Source: Balanoglossus misakiensis (taxonomy: Eukaryota; Animalia; Hemichordata). Taken from it: 64,000 nt of DNA. Positions 25,234 through 39,004 of the stretch are shown here, one piece after another (the first letter of the stretch is position 1; each line of letters opens with the position of its first letter). The notes beneath the pieces are model-generated. The model was not told where the DNA came from. It ran no database searches and saw nothing but the letters and a program-made list of their open reading frames with translations. Made by a program: the position numbers and the translations under genes. The stretch covers positions 8,561,403-8,625,402 of the forward strand of contig CM082587.2 in NCBI GenBank assembly GCA_040954595.2, written 5' to 3'.

Positions 25234-28200
25234 CTAAGTGTCTACAATAATTTTGATGAACATGACATTGTCCTTGACATAGGCATGGCCACTGCTGTCT
25301 ATCTGGGAGATGGGCGTGAATAAAGGGCACCCAGAAGCGATGTTCATGTCAGAGGTCGGTCGCTTGAACGAACTCGACGTTGGGTCCGGACGAAATGCAC
25401 CAATCACATGTAGACGGTTGTTCTGGTCCAGAAGCATGAATGTCACCTGAAACATACAATAATACATGGACATCAGTTTTTGCTTGGAATTGAAGTCATT
25501 ATAGATGGGAAAACTTTTGATACACGAGATCAGAAATACCGGTAGTATATTTATCTCATAATATTATCATTTTTTCGTGTGTGTCAATAATGGATTTTTA
25601 AACCTATTTGGTTCATCAATCAAACCTGTCTAACATTAGTCAACTTTGACAATTCCAGAACCAGAGTTACTCATCAGCATATTGACACAAATTGAATGAT
25701 TATTAAGACATTCTAGAACATGTACGCGCTCAGCTGACATGTTCTGGAACAGTGCGCGACGAGGCCCTTGAACTAGCATGATTTATTCCCAACCAAGCAA
25801 CAGATTTGAAAAAATGAAATTGTTTATCTTTATCAAGCAAAATAATATTATAATGAGGTTATAAGTGGTGCGCTCGGGTATTTGATACGGATATAAGACC
25901 TCTCAAGTGAAAATATGTTAATTTTCACCTGAGAGGTCTTCTATCCACAACCGAATACCCTCGCTAGCCGTTTAAAACCTCTAATTAAAACCTGGTGTCT
26001 GAAATTAGCAAGTACATACCTTTTGTCTGAATGGCCATCTCTGCAATGCATCATAAGGTCCTTTCATGATGACAAAGAACAAAGACACGTGGTTTCCCTT
26101 TCCCATTCCATCACCGTTCAGATAGATTCTAGCACACATCTTGTAACCATGGCGACTTGTGTAGAAGCAGGGTGAGTAGAAAGATGCGGTTCTTCCGGAC
26201 ACAGCATCTTGTTGCTTCTTGGTGAAGTCGCTGATCTTCCAGACTAGAATTCCATCATACGAAGCCATCTCCAGTGACTGAATGCGCAAATCTTGTTCTG
26301 CTAACGCCACATCTTTCAGTGCAATGATGCGATCTTGAGCTCTGATTTTTCTTTCCAGCGATTCCATCAATTCTTTGTCTTGTCTTCTCTGTCTTTCAAC
26401 TCCTTTGATCATTTGCGAATCTCTCTCTATCTGTCCATTCAACACAGCCACAATTCCTTCATAAGTGGAAATCTTTGTCTCCAGAACTGTGATTTTATTC
26501 TTCAAATCATCGATCATCCGGGACTGTCTCTCAATCATTGGTTCCAACTCTTTTCCCATCACCAATCTTTCTCCTTGACCATGATGCTGGGAGATGGTTC
26601 TAGCCACTTTCTTTTCCAGCTCTTCAACTGTCTTCTCAATGACTTCTATCTTTTTCTGTTGTTCTGTTGTTTGTCGACTCATTCCAGGGATATTGATTTC
26701 TTCTTTCAACTCTTCAATTCTGGCAATGGCTTTGGACAACATGTGGAACAGCAGATCAAGATGATGAACCTGGGCTTTCTTCAAATGGTCTTCAACTTTT
26801 TCTATTTCAACCTTAGAAATTGGAAGCAAATGTTATCATGCCTTTTCAGATCTTTGGAGTATAATGCATTTATGTAGTGTATTTTGTTTTGTGAATGAAT
26901 CATATAATATCTTCATGTTGAAATGTTTTTCCTGCACTATACTATTATTTTCCATGCTACAGCCAGGAATTACAAAATGTACAATCCACCAAGATATGTT
27001 AATTTTAATTAAGCCTTAATTTCTCAGCTGTTGTGAAGTTAAATTGTCTTACCATTTCATTGCAACCAGCTTCCTTATATTTACATGCACCAACCTTCTT
27101 TTTGCAGTCACCAATTTCTGCATCAATATGATCAGCAAACTACAACAGATAACAGTTTAATTATTTAAAAAAAATTCAACTTGTACTAGTACACTGAATG
27201 TTGTATTCATGCAGCCATGATAATTCCATTATCCTTAAGCAGGCAAGGCAAAGGGGGGGTAATTACGGCGGTGACATCAAAGAGATCTATTTGAATGTGA
27301 ACGTCACTGAGTGGCAGTTACGGCCGGTTGGAAAAATTTTCAAACGGAGATTTTCGGTACTTCAAGTGATCGTAGTGCATCCATTTTTCTAAGACGTGTA
27401 TGAAACACCACAGTCAATGATAGGATGATTTTTCGTGAAGTTTTAACGACGCGTTCCCGAGAAAGACAGTTTCGGTATGTTGGTTTAAATTGTGGTCCTT
27501 GACTCTCGGCAAAGATTTCTTGTTTTGAAAAAAATTGGGTAGGTTAGGAAGATATTGAACTAAGTTACCATGAAATTTTAATAGTGTGAGCCGCTCCGTT
27601 GTGGAGTAATGACGGTGTAAAAATTGCCTTCGCCATCGACGAGTACAGGCGTGTTTGCCATATGTGTATGCATTGAAGTAGGTCAACGCATGTTAACCCA
27701 TGACGTAATGGCTTCCTTTTCAACGCGTCGTTAACTCTCATTAGCATATTACATACGGAGTCTATACACTATTCACGCTGACTGACTTCTCAGGACTGAC
27801 CTATGGCACTGTAAATTGTGGTCCTTGACCCACGGCATGGATATTTTCATGTCAAAATTATGAATAGAGGAGTTTAATAATGTTTCTAAAACCTGAGGGG
27901 GTTAATTTTTGTGTGGGTATGGCTGATATTTTTTTTTTGATTTTTTAACTTCAAGGTCACTTTGAATTTCGTGATCACAATTTTGTAAGTGGAATTAAAG
28001 AAATTCTTCTCGATAAAACTTCATGAAAAATCACATGTAGTACATTCATAGTACCAGTAATGTGCCTGGGGTGAAATAATTGTCAGAAATGGGTTGCAAG
28101 TTGCTAAACTTTCGTTCTGAAAAAAGTTGAAAAACTGTATGCAAATGAGGAATTCAAACGTTACTGGCCAGTTCAAGTGTTTGCATTGCATAATCCCCTG

Positions 28201-31200
28201 CTGTTTAATTACCCCCCCTTTGCCCTGCCTGTAAGGATGTACGCGCAGAACATAAACCGGAAACAGTGCGCGCCCGGTCTTTTTCCCATAGGATTACATT
28301 GATAATCGCCAGAAAACAAACTTCTAATATTGTCATTTTCACGAAATTTTACACATAGCTCAGTCCAGCAAATATAAATTCATTGGTCAAATAAAATATA
28401 GGGGTCACCGCGCTCTATTTTTAGATAAATTGCGTCAAAAATTTTGCCCATAGACAAACCATTGGTGAAAAATGCTGAGTCAGCAGTTTTCTTCTATTAT
28501 CAACCAAATTCATGGCTCTGTATTTCATAAACAAGCGCGGTGACCCCCATATTTTATTACGGATTTTCAATATACATATAAAGGAGAATCCAAAAATCCA
28601 CAATTAAAAAAAAATGACTATATTTTCAATTTTACTGAACGTACATCCTTAAACTGAACAGACAAGAAAGCTTATACAATGTTCGTATCCCCGTCAGGCA
28701 TGTTCATTGTTGGATTTAAATTGTGGCAAAGATCATATTCAGATCTCAATGGTAGTGGATACTTTGGGGGAAATGTACAGTTCAACACTTTCAACACTCC
28801 TCTCAGACAATAATTTATCTCTATAGCATGAAATTGTGGACTATAGAGGTATTAATTAATCATCAACAGTTTTACCAGTCAAAATTCTCTCATAATACTA
28901 TCCAGAACAATCCACAATCCTGAACCAACCTTTTCTCTTGGAATCTCTTTCTTTCCACAAAATACACATGATATCAGGAATTTAGGGCATTCATCATGAT
29001 GGGCCTTGAGAAGAAAAATAGAAATACAACTCAATTAACCATAACTCTTCTATGGGTTCAACTTAAGGGGTTGACTCTACCGGTCCTTTAAAAATCCTAT
29101 TCACATAAGAGCATAACTTAATGTCAACGCAACATCATCCCTACTGGACCAATAAACTAAGAAAATACTGAAAGAATCTAATGTCAGTATCTATTATTGT
29201 GCCAAGATTCACACAGGTAGGTCAAAGTCATCTCAAATTGATAAATATTCTCAACCCTACTAACTCATATAAAACAAGAATCAGGTCATATTTTATAAAT
29301 GGATATGCAGAGTGGGTCAAGGTCAAAATTGTACACAAATTATCAACAAAGGACCCAATTTGTATTATTTATGAAAAGATTTTCAAAGGTAGGAAGGTAA
29401 AGGTCAATCGAAAATTTGTAAATTGTTGGGGTTTTTTTACTGACCCATACAACACAAGGACCAGGTCTGCATCTACATGTATTAAAATGTGTTCAAGCAC
29501 GTAAATGGCTCAAGACGAAAAAAATCACAACAAACTGATTGTCTAGTTGTCATATTGGATCATACTACAACACAAATGATGTCCCACCGAAGGCTGTAAG
29601 TCTTCTCTGTAAGTGCAAATTTCCTGATGGAAGTCAGTTCTCGGTCCCAGTGTCCAGCACAATTTCACAGGGAACGCCACCAACAAGTCTCTGTGCCATG
29701 GGTGTATGGTTCCGCCCAGACAATCGGCTTGTACGAATAACAATGTCAGGGGCTCTGTTCTTATCAGTACCAGACGAGTTCTGCCCCTCAACTCCAGCTC
29801 CTACTCGTGTCCTGGAAAAAGGCGTTGCCACTGTTGAATCACCCCTTTCAATAAGGACAATCTCTAGGCCCACTTGGTCACAATTCCAACACTTCCTATC
29901 TCTCCACGGCCGGCTCCATCTGCGCACTTGCCCACTAGGTCGAGCTTCCAAATTATCCGTTATCTTTTGGAACATCTGACCAAGGTGCCCCTTGTGTGTG
30001 TCATCTTGTCTTATATTGCAATCGAAAAGGACTCCAACTCCAATGCTTTAGCATCTCACCATCACTCATTGCATTGCATTGATGAACTGGTCACTAGGTT
30101 CCACTAGTTCAAACTGGGCGTGGTATTCCTCCCATGTGGTTGAACTGTCAAATACGGTTGGCCTCTTGAAGTGGCTTGCTGGTGTCACTGCGGAAGCTTC
30201 CATGTGGTGACTCAGTCTGGATAGGGAGTCCTTCCTGGCCTTGGCGCAGATATACGGTATACTAAGGAATTGTCTTTAAAATGAAATGGGAACTACCACT
30301 AGAGGGCAGCATCACCATAGGGGTAGAAGTGTGTTGCAACGCACTTTCAAATTTCCTCTCAGCTACAGGATTCAATGCATGTTGTAACACATCTCATCTA
30401 CAGTGTGTGTTCTCATTCGTCAATCGATAGTCACATGGTATGCGTTCTTTTTGTGTTGATCCATATAAAACAAATTCATCAGTCATTAGTTGTCGGAACT
30501 GTTGCCCGCCGGGCATCAGCTCTGAAAAATGATGCCCGCTCACTTCAAAAACAACATATTGCACATGCGTGAAATGGAAAGTAAACAAAGATGTTGTCTG
30601 CGGTCGAGGGAAACGATAGTTGAGAAATGTCACCATACAATCTGTGTAACATGAATTCTCATGCGTAGCTGCGGATGACATGTGTTACAAAACACATGTT
30701 GACTGGCTTTTAGGGGCAACTGCATACGTCTTTCACCCTCGGGACTGTGAGTCACCCCCAAATTAAAACAGACCGTTGGGTGACTCACAGTTCCTCGGGT
30801 TTCAGAGGTAACATCATGAGTTTCCTTCAATCCTCTTTGATTCTCTGCAAACTCCTGTCCAAGTTGCAGTTGTTCACCATTGTTGTACATTTTCTTCATT
30901 TTACCAACTCTTACATTTATGGCTTCATGCTGTCTAATCAATCAATCAACAAAATTTTATATAGCGCCAAAATCCAAAACCAGAAATTTTGCCCAATGAC
31001 GCTCATGGTTAAACCACACTGTATGCTTCTTCGAACATATGAGTTTTCAGTTTTCTTTTGAAAGTCTCCAGGTTTGTAGATTCCCTGATGTCAAGAGGCA
31101 GTGCGTTCCACAGTTAAGGGGCTGCATAAGAGAAGGCACGGCCGCTATAGGTCTTGTTTTCGTAGGTTGTGCGTGTTAAGAGTTTCTTGGTGGATGAACG

Positions 31201-34200
31201 CAGTGTACGAGTGGGAGTGTATGGCTGCAGTAGATCACTGATGTAAGCTGGAGTCTGGTTTTGGATAACTTTGAAAGTTATCAACAAAATTTTGTAGTCG
31301 ATCCTGAGACGAACTGGTAACCAATGGAGCTGGGCAAGAACTGGAGTGATAGGCGTGAATTTCCTAGTGCGCATGACTATTCTGGCTGAAGTATTCTGAG
31401 CTCTTTGAAGTAGGGCGATTGTGTTTTCTGGGAGACCATACAGGAGTGAGTTACAGTAGTCAAGTTTGGCAGATAGAGTTGCATGTACTAAGGTTTGGCA
31501 AGTCTCGTTGGTGATGTAACGTTGTATAGATCTAACATACAAGTCTAACTTTCATACCTCTATCCATTTCATGTAAATATGCCTGGTTATAGCCCATATC
31601 AAATCTTCCTGCATTCTGTTGATGTTATCAGTGTCTGATATTGACTTACTTGTTGGGCAGTAATAATTTCGATCATTCCACATTTATTACTGGTCAGAGT
31701 ACATTTTCAAGTGTCTGTGCCAACAGGGGTTCGGGGGATTCGGGTGCAGATGTTTGAGTTGACTGAATGTTTTCCACATCAGCTGGCTGTGTGTCATCCT
31801 GTGTCAATGTACAGTACCGGTACATGTGTAACGTCCAGTTGCAACAGCTGACTATGACATCTGCATATTTCCCTCTATACCAGAATTGTTAGGTCGGTCA
31901 ACACCACTGTCTTGTCCTTTGAACACAATTTCCTGATTGTCCTCCATCATGTCGGTTATCCAAAGGTTCCAGATCCTACTTCTTACAACGATGAAACATT
32001 TTCACCGATTTGATCAAGAGTTTCTATGTGGGATAAACAGTCTGGCATGGCACTGGTTAATGGGGCAAACAACAAGGCTTTAATGCTCAGTGCCACTGAA
32101 TTGAATGATCTGTACAAGCTTACTTCAAGTGTGGCAGGGCATTGCTGGATTGTTGTATGAGGGCTCTAAAATGGCTTTTTGTCATAACTTTTGATCCGTT
32201 TCTCTCTATACTGCCCATTTACGTACAAAGTGGTCATGTTATCTACTCAACATCCATGGGACACAACCACCTCTGACCTACAACTCCAGTTGCTCACACT
32301 CAGTAGTGTCAGAGTGCCTTTTATGTCATTAAAGTCTAAAAGGTCCTTTCTCTGCAGCAGATAATGAAGCAATGGGTAAAAAGGTAAAAATTGATGCAAT
32401 TTATCAAAACACACACTACAATACCAAAACCTCGTATGACATCAAGTGGACCCGATTGCCAGCCTTAGAGAGGCAGATCAACAGAAACAGCTGCTTTCAA
32501 ATAAAATTGCACTTATTATTATTATTATTATTAAAAATTGTTTAAAATGCGCTACATATACGTCTCAGCACATAAGTACAAGGCACTTCTGGCGGTTTTG
32601 ATATCTAACTTAAAGGTAAATTGTTCCATAAAAAGGGTGCACTAACTGAGAAAGCTCTCTGTCCATAGGATTTGTTAAAGTTACCACGAGGATGAGTTAA
32701 ACAGAGCTTAACACTTGAGCGCAGTTCTCGAGCTGGTACATATAAATGTTATCTTATTTTTTAACCTACCTTCAAGTCTTTGAATGCAATTTCATGCTGA
32801 CAGAAGTGACACTGGACAACTCGCATTAAACACTGATGCTCAAGATGTTCAGTCAACTGACTCCGCAATATCTGTTGATTACATCCACTTTTGATGCAAA
32901 CAATGACACCATATTCACACTCGGATTCATGCACCTGGTGGGAGGAAAAGTTTGATAATGTCATTATTTCATTGAAGACTTCCATGAATTCTAGTTTGTA
33001 TTGTCCTGCAAAGACAGACACACATTTACTGCACATTTCAATCAAATTGATTAATCACTGACTTGTTAATATATACAATAAATTTGCTCCAATATCTTTG
33101 TATTCTGAACTCTCACAGAGTAACTTCACATTTACTGCACATTTCAATCAAATTGATTAATCACTGACTTGTTAATATATACAATAAATTTGCTCCAATA
33201 TCTTTGTATTCTGAACTCTCACACAGTAACTTCATCAAATGGCTTCCACACAGCCATTATGGATAATATTACCGCAAAATAATTTGAAGTACATACTGGT
33301 ATAAACCTTACAAATTGTGTTTGTGCCAAGTTTGATTGAAACCTTACCTCTCCAAGTACGGTATATACTAGTACATGTAATCGTTGGGGAAAGAGGGAGG
33401 GAGCCCATCTATGTCCCCCCTGGCGTTTGCAGGAATTAACCTTTTCACCACTATGGTTTGATCCAATTCCATTGTTTACTATGGTAAGGCTGGACCTCTA
33501 TAGAGGGAACTGGGGGGGGGGGGGGGGGGGTGAAGGGGCTGATACAAAACAGAGAACCCCCAAAAACACACCTCATAATCTTTAAACATTCCAGTCCAGT
33601 GACACCCATTGTTCACACATTTGGCCATGATAGATCGTAGTTCACGTCTGATGGCATTGTCTGGAAAGATCTGTGAGGGAATGTAAACAGCAATGACGTT
33701 AGATTTCAAGGCACCAATTGAAACATTCAACAGACACAATCTATATGCAAGATGTTTTTCAAGAAATTCAACTGAATGTCAAATCCTTATCAAAGACTTG
33801 CACTGACATATAGCCTATTTTTGCAATGAAAATGAAATTTTTATATCCTAAAGTACAGTTTTTATTTTTTGTCAATTTAAATAAACCTGGATGAGGTGGT
33901 TGATTTTTGCATATATGTACTCCATGATGGTGGTTAGATAAATAGATGCCATTTTTGCCAACCATAGGTCTTGGAAATTGCAAATATGCAGTCTAGGACT
34001 CATCATAGGGTCAACACCACTTTGTCATGTACTACACTGAATGGTATAGACAAGATTACTTGGTAAAAGCTCAAAGCTTGGTGCTTTTTTCCCCACAATC
34101 CATGTTTTTGAAGCTCTACAACCTAAGTTTGCTTAGATTTTAGCGAACTTGTGGGACTTTGGTTAGGTTACTTTACGATCTATTCCTACGTACATGTCTA

Positions 34201-37200
34201 CGTGCTCCCAGTGTTACACGGTGGTGGAGGCTAAGTTATGATCATGGCACAAAGGACTTGGTTGTTATTCTTTCACATTCACGGATTCACAAGATGTGCA
34301 ACAGGACCAGCCAATTAGATCCTGCAAGTTACTTAGGTCAACTGGTAGAGGTTTAGGACCAACAAGAACCTCATGCTCATAAGATCAATATGACCTCAGC
34401 GGAACATTCATAGTGACTCAAGGATGTGGAATACAACAGAGACCCTTTTCAAACCAAGAATTCTCTGCCAATTACTACATGTAAGTTTATAATTTTCAAC
34501 TCTGATGTGGTGAAAAATCTGTGGCCAGTAAAAAATCTCCTTGGTACCTCCAGGAAACTTCTATTATTTTCTGTCTCCAGGAAACTTCTATTATTTTCTG
34601 TCACCTCTCTTTTTTCCTGCTCTATCCTATAATGACTGCATGAACACCAACCATTTAATTAATATTTTGCTGCTGGGACTGTAATTTGAGTAATTAACAG
34701 AGAGTTCCTTCGTTGAAATGGCCTTTGATGAATACTACACATCCTTGAGCTGTAGAATAACCAGGACCCAAAAGACAATCATGATAGAACATATTTAATT
34801 TACAAGTGTCATTACAGATTTTAAATAGAAAAAAAACTCAGAAGAATTGATTCAATCACTAGTCTATTCTACTAATTTGACTCGGGCTATGAAAGAAACC
34901 CTACCTGTAAATCATGCATAATTTCATATTCAACATATTGTACAGGGACTGGGTACATACTTGTTACGAGAAATTTTAATTTCCAACACTTGGTGTCCAA
35001 GCATTTGCTTAGGATCATCTTGGTCAGAAACATATATATGCCTTATAAGTTCAATATACCAGTATATTACATAATTTACATGCGTAGCGCTCCCAAAAGA
35101 ATTGTCAGAACTGTTTCCTGGTTTCTTCACAGCAATCTTGACACAACATACAGATCTTCAGACTGACACAGTTTCTGGAAATGTAAAATGTGATTAGAAG
35201 AATGTATGACATGACATCATTGTATATAGCCGTTTGTATAAATCATTGAGAAAAATGTCAAAAACAATATATGTACGATGCTTACAAGCTGGATAAAAAC
35301 TGAAAACGCTTCTATTGCACAAAACCTGGTTGTGTAATACTACAGAGTAGTCTTTCATGTAAGATTATGGTACTTATTCACGAGGCACAGTGATCTGGGA
35401 ACAGAGTGTGCATGTGATCTATTCAAACTATAATGTCCCCAAAATCTTTGCAGCAAGTTCAGCAAAACAGACAGGGCTGAAGGTTTATGTCATCACATCT
35501 ATGCCGAATATCACATATATATCTAATTCATTGAACGATTCCAGCAAACCTGAACTCACTGCTGGGGTTCAGGCTAGCTGAAAAGAAAGAATGCCTTAAT
35601 GCATACAAATTATATTCTTAATTGGACATTAGCTGTAACTTTTGGCTTTATTTCCAGTATTTTTATCCTGTGTATCAAATGTGCAATGTCTTCCTGTATT
35701 CCAAACAGCATGCAAATATACCAGTACTCCGCTTGCCAACAGAGCCTGTACAGTGTATGTATGTGTATAATGACCAACTGTTATTGTTGACAAATAAATT
35801 TTAGTCCAGATATAAATTCAAATTTGGCACAAAAACAATGCTGGTTCTATATAATATGTTGTGTTGATAGCTAAATGCTGGGCATTTCATCATGCTTTAG
35901 AGATTTGAGCAGGAAACTGCAGTAGATACACAGAACTAAAATATTGAAAACACAGCGAAAACTTACAGCTAATGAAGCTTTAATTTACGTACCTAGTATT
36001 TTCTGCAATACTGCATTATATCTCATGCAATGATACCAGCAATACCACACATTCCATGTTGCCATTTCAAACACCTTGATGACAACCACTCTTCTATACT
36101 ATAGCTGCTTTCTTTCATATTAATACACCATTATGTGATGTTGTGTTGTAATGAGGCACGTGTAAGGTCAATGATAAAGGTCAATGAGCAGAACCATTCA
36201 ATGACCTTACAAATGCCACAATATACTACCCTGTTGATTTTAACATCTTATATGAAAAGAATTGTTTAAAGTGAAAACGAAAGAGCTCTGCTGCCACTTA
36301 GTATGAAAGTGAAAGTGCAAAATATCTCACAGCGGAACAGCCAGATGTCTGTCAGATCAATATCTGTAACTAGTTTCATCAAATTTGGTGCAGACACACA
36401 TAATACCATCATAACCTGATTTGATCGATATCTGCAGGTTTCTTTAAATTTGGTTCAAAATTATGTGTCATTGCCAACACTGCCACTGCATTTTAAGCTT
36501 CTAAAATTGAATTAGGTATACCAACCACACATGACTTGCAGTAAATCCAACCACCTGTTGTTGAAATATCATGCCAACAGTCAGAAAGACATACACACTG
36601 CCGTATTGTATGACATATTAGCTTACATTTGAACACATGAACTCAAACATGTCAAAAATTAAGATGAAGCTCAATTCTAATTATACAGTAATTTTGCAGA
36701 AGCATGGGCATATAACTAACATATTTTTCACACTCATTCATTCATTCATTCATTCACCCATTCATACAATTAATCAATCAATCAATCAATCAATAATAAT
36801 TTCAATCAATGAACAAGGGGATACTACAATTCACATCATTTTTTTTTCATTTAGCTGTCTTTGTCTTGAAACTGCTCTATTGTCCTACAGATCTGGCACA
36901 AGCCATATCATACACTGATTTTATACTGTTCTATACTGAGTAACATTTCTCACTTAAAGTGAAGGGGTCGTCGCACCGCATTTGTTTGTTTATAAACATT
37001 ACAATTCACCCACAAATCCCTGAAATTAGATAATCTCTAAATGAACGAAGCAGCCAACTGTAGCATAGACTGGGCATGACCGCAACTGAAGATCCTAGCA
37101 GGTCGTGGCGACTGCAGTGAGGTTTGTGCTGGTATGGGAGGACATATGATATTCTCATCAAGGGGGACACCCACGCGGCGCAACGACCGATTCCCTTTAA

Positions 37201-38499
37201 AGCCTTCGACATGATGATGGTGCAAAAAAGATTGGTGACAGTGGTGTGGTAGAATACCAGTAGAAGTAATAATACAAATTACATGTACAATCACTCTGAT
37301 GTTCAGACATTTTTGGACATGCCCTCAAAATGTGCAAACTATACTGCTATTTGGGAAGAGAGAAAACGTGTGGCCATAATCAACTGTCTCACTATTCTTT
37401 TGATGTATTTTATTGCTAAGTGACCTGAGCTTGTTCATATACTATACATGTGGTTACTCTGACTCAAGATAAAAAGCCAATAACTTGAACACAGCCTTTT
37501 CCACTCCACTAAAATTGACTAATGCCTTAGCAATGTACATGAACCTGTCAATAGACTGATTTCCTTATTCAGCAATTAATAAATCCTTACCTGATCAGCT
37601 GTTATCGAGCTATCAGGATCATCTTTATGTTCTTCACCACAAACAACACAAGAATGGTGTCCAGGTTGACTGTAAGGTATAAAAAAACAAGTGATTGTCT
37701 TAATCAGAAACATAGAAACTTTGAGTAATGTAAAACATTTAGTAAGGCTGGTGTTGACATTTAGCTGTGTAAAGATTCTTGTTCCCAGTTCATTTGAGAA
37801 ATTCATGTGTTGTATCAATTGCACATTTCCTCTCACTCAGGCCACATTTTTGTATCGTTTCCGGGGCTACACAGGATGCATCATTGATCAGTTTAGTTGC
37901 CATGGCATTTTCAAATTGTACTTTTACCAATAGAGTTGAAGCTGTCAGGAAATGGAATTGAAATGCAAAGAAATGTCCTATCTGAATGTTTTCAGAATTT
38001 ATAGTTGTTTGTAAATACGCAGAAATAGTACATATATTTGGCTGTGATAACCTATAGCCAGTAAAATATTTCAAACAGGACCAGTTATGAGGACGGGCCC
38101 ACCCACCCACCCCTCTCCCCAGGCAATGCATGAACCCAGAAAAATTTGCATCCTATTCTGAGCATTTCTCCCAGCATGCATGGCGAACAATTGGCCAACA
38201 CGCCCACACAGGATTACCGGTAAGTTCCTTCATGAGCCACTTTCCAGGAATGTGCATTGCACATCAAACATTTGCCTCAGGGTTGATTCAGACATTAGTA
38301 AGACAGTGCAATGTGGTTGTGCTTGTGTAAATGATTCCTTTAATAAGAATGAATACCTGAGAATGTCTTCAACACATCCCCTGCAATATCGATGACCACA
38401 GTATGTCTGCACTGGATCTTTCAAGATAAGATGACAATGTGTACAAAGATACTTCTCTTCTGGTAATGACGCAAATATTTCTCTGGGATATCCTGGCAT
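25234..38499 (-). CDS. TRAF2: TNF receptor-associated factor 2-like, copy B (550 aa). Exons 38499-38357, 37669-37591, 33670-33572, 32934-32770, 29004-28930, 27139-27053, 26811-26020, 25446-25234
   Basis: Same exon sizes as copy A (143, 79, 99, 165, 75, 87, 792) with GT-AG introns. The last exon stops 4 codons earlier. Introns are expanded by transposons. Confidence 0.93.
27240..28231. mobile_element. ~990-bp non-autonomous TIR element, copy 2, with 4-bp TSD
   Basis: 26-bp TIR CAGGCA(A/G)GGCAAAGGGGGGGTAATTA, with TAAG duplicated on both sides. Confidence 0.85.
28235..28648. mobile_element. TTAA MITE (Kolobok-type); partial second copy at ~38601-38790
   Basis: GGATGTACG...CGTACATCC|TTAA, with an internal inverted GGGGTCACCGCGCT pair. 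Confidence 0.8.
29560..30240 (-). mobile_element. Degraded Gypsy-like LTR retrotransposon gag-protease remnant
   Basis: DQFINA and ALELES gag-like peptides, a CWNCDQVG zinc-knuckle start, and a VLDTG aspartic protease motif. Frames are broken. Confidence 0.7.
30936..31545 (-). mobile_element. L2 LINE 3' fragment
   Basis: ORF with LVHA..S.LDYCNSLLYGLP..LQRAQN..ARI..ITPVL.QLHWLPV.RI.YK..RTLRS..GRAFSYAAP. The 3' end is GCGCTATATAA followed by a (TTGA)n tail. Confidence 0.92.
33021..33232. repeat. Recent 106-bp tandem duplication
   Basis: 33021-33126 repeats at 33127-33232 with one mismatch. Confidence 0.9.
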
Positions 38500-38861
38500 T
38501 ATGCAACAACTGGATCAAGACCTGATAATTGAAAAAAAAAAAATCATAATAAACATGCGAGTTTGGCCAGAAAGTCACCAGAGAAGAAAAATAACAATTG
38601 AGGATGTACGCGCAGAACATAAACTGATAAACAGTACATGTATGTCTTTTTCCCATAGGATTACATTGATAATTGCTAGAAAACAAACTTCTACTATTGC
38701 CATTTTCACAAAATTTTACACATACCTCAGTCAAGTAAATACAAAATTCATTGGTCAAATAAAATTTTGTGGTCACCGCGCTCAATTCATATATCATAGT
38801 CAAAGAAAATGCCTCTTTAAAATGTTTTATGCAAAGTTTCAATATACTGGCATAATATAAT

Positions 38862-39004
38862 AGCAATAAAACACCCCCAGCCATGGTATACCACGAGATT
38901 TTGACCAGTTCATTTCCATATACGCACTTGCTATCGCTCGTGCGTATATGTCGTGAACTGGTCAACATCTCGTGATATACCATGACTGGGGGTGTTTTAT
39001 TGCT
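38862..39004. mobile_element. 143-bp palindromic MITE
   Basis: AGCAATAAAACACCCCCAG.CATGGTATA.CACGAGAT.TTGACCAGTTCA and its reverse complement. Confidence 0.8.

Noticed and set aside
35080-35590. Acceptor/donor-like pairs in intron 2 of TRAF copy B
   Set aside because: They contain stops in the required phase 0, and the gene is complete without them.
13455-38499. TRAF pair as an uncollapsed-haplotype assembly artefact
   Set aside because: Most introns, the UTRs and the flanks do not align, and synonymous divergence is locally high, so this is a real duplication.
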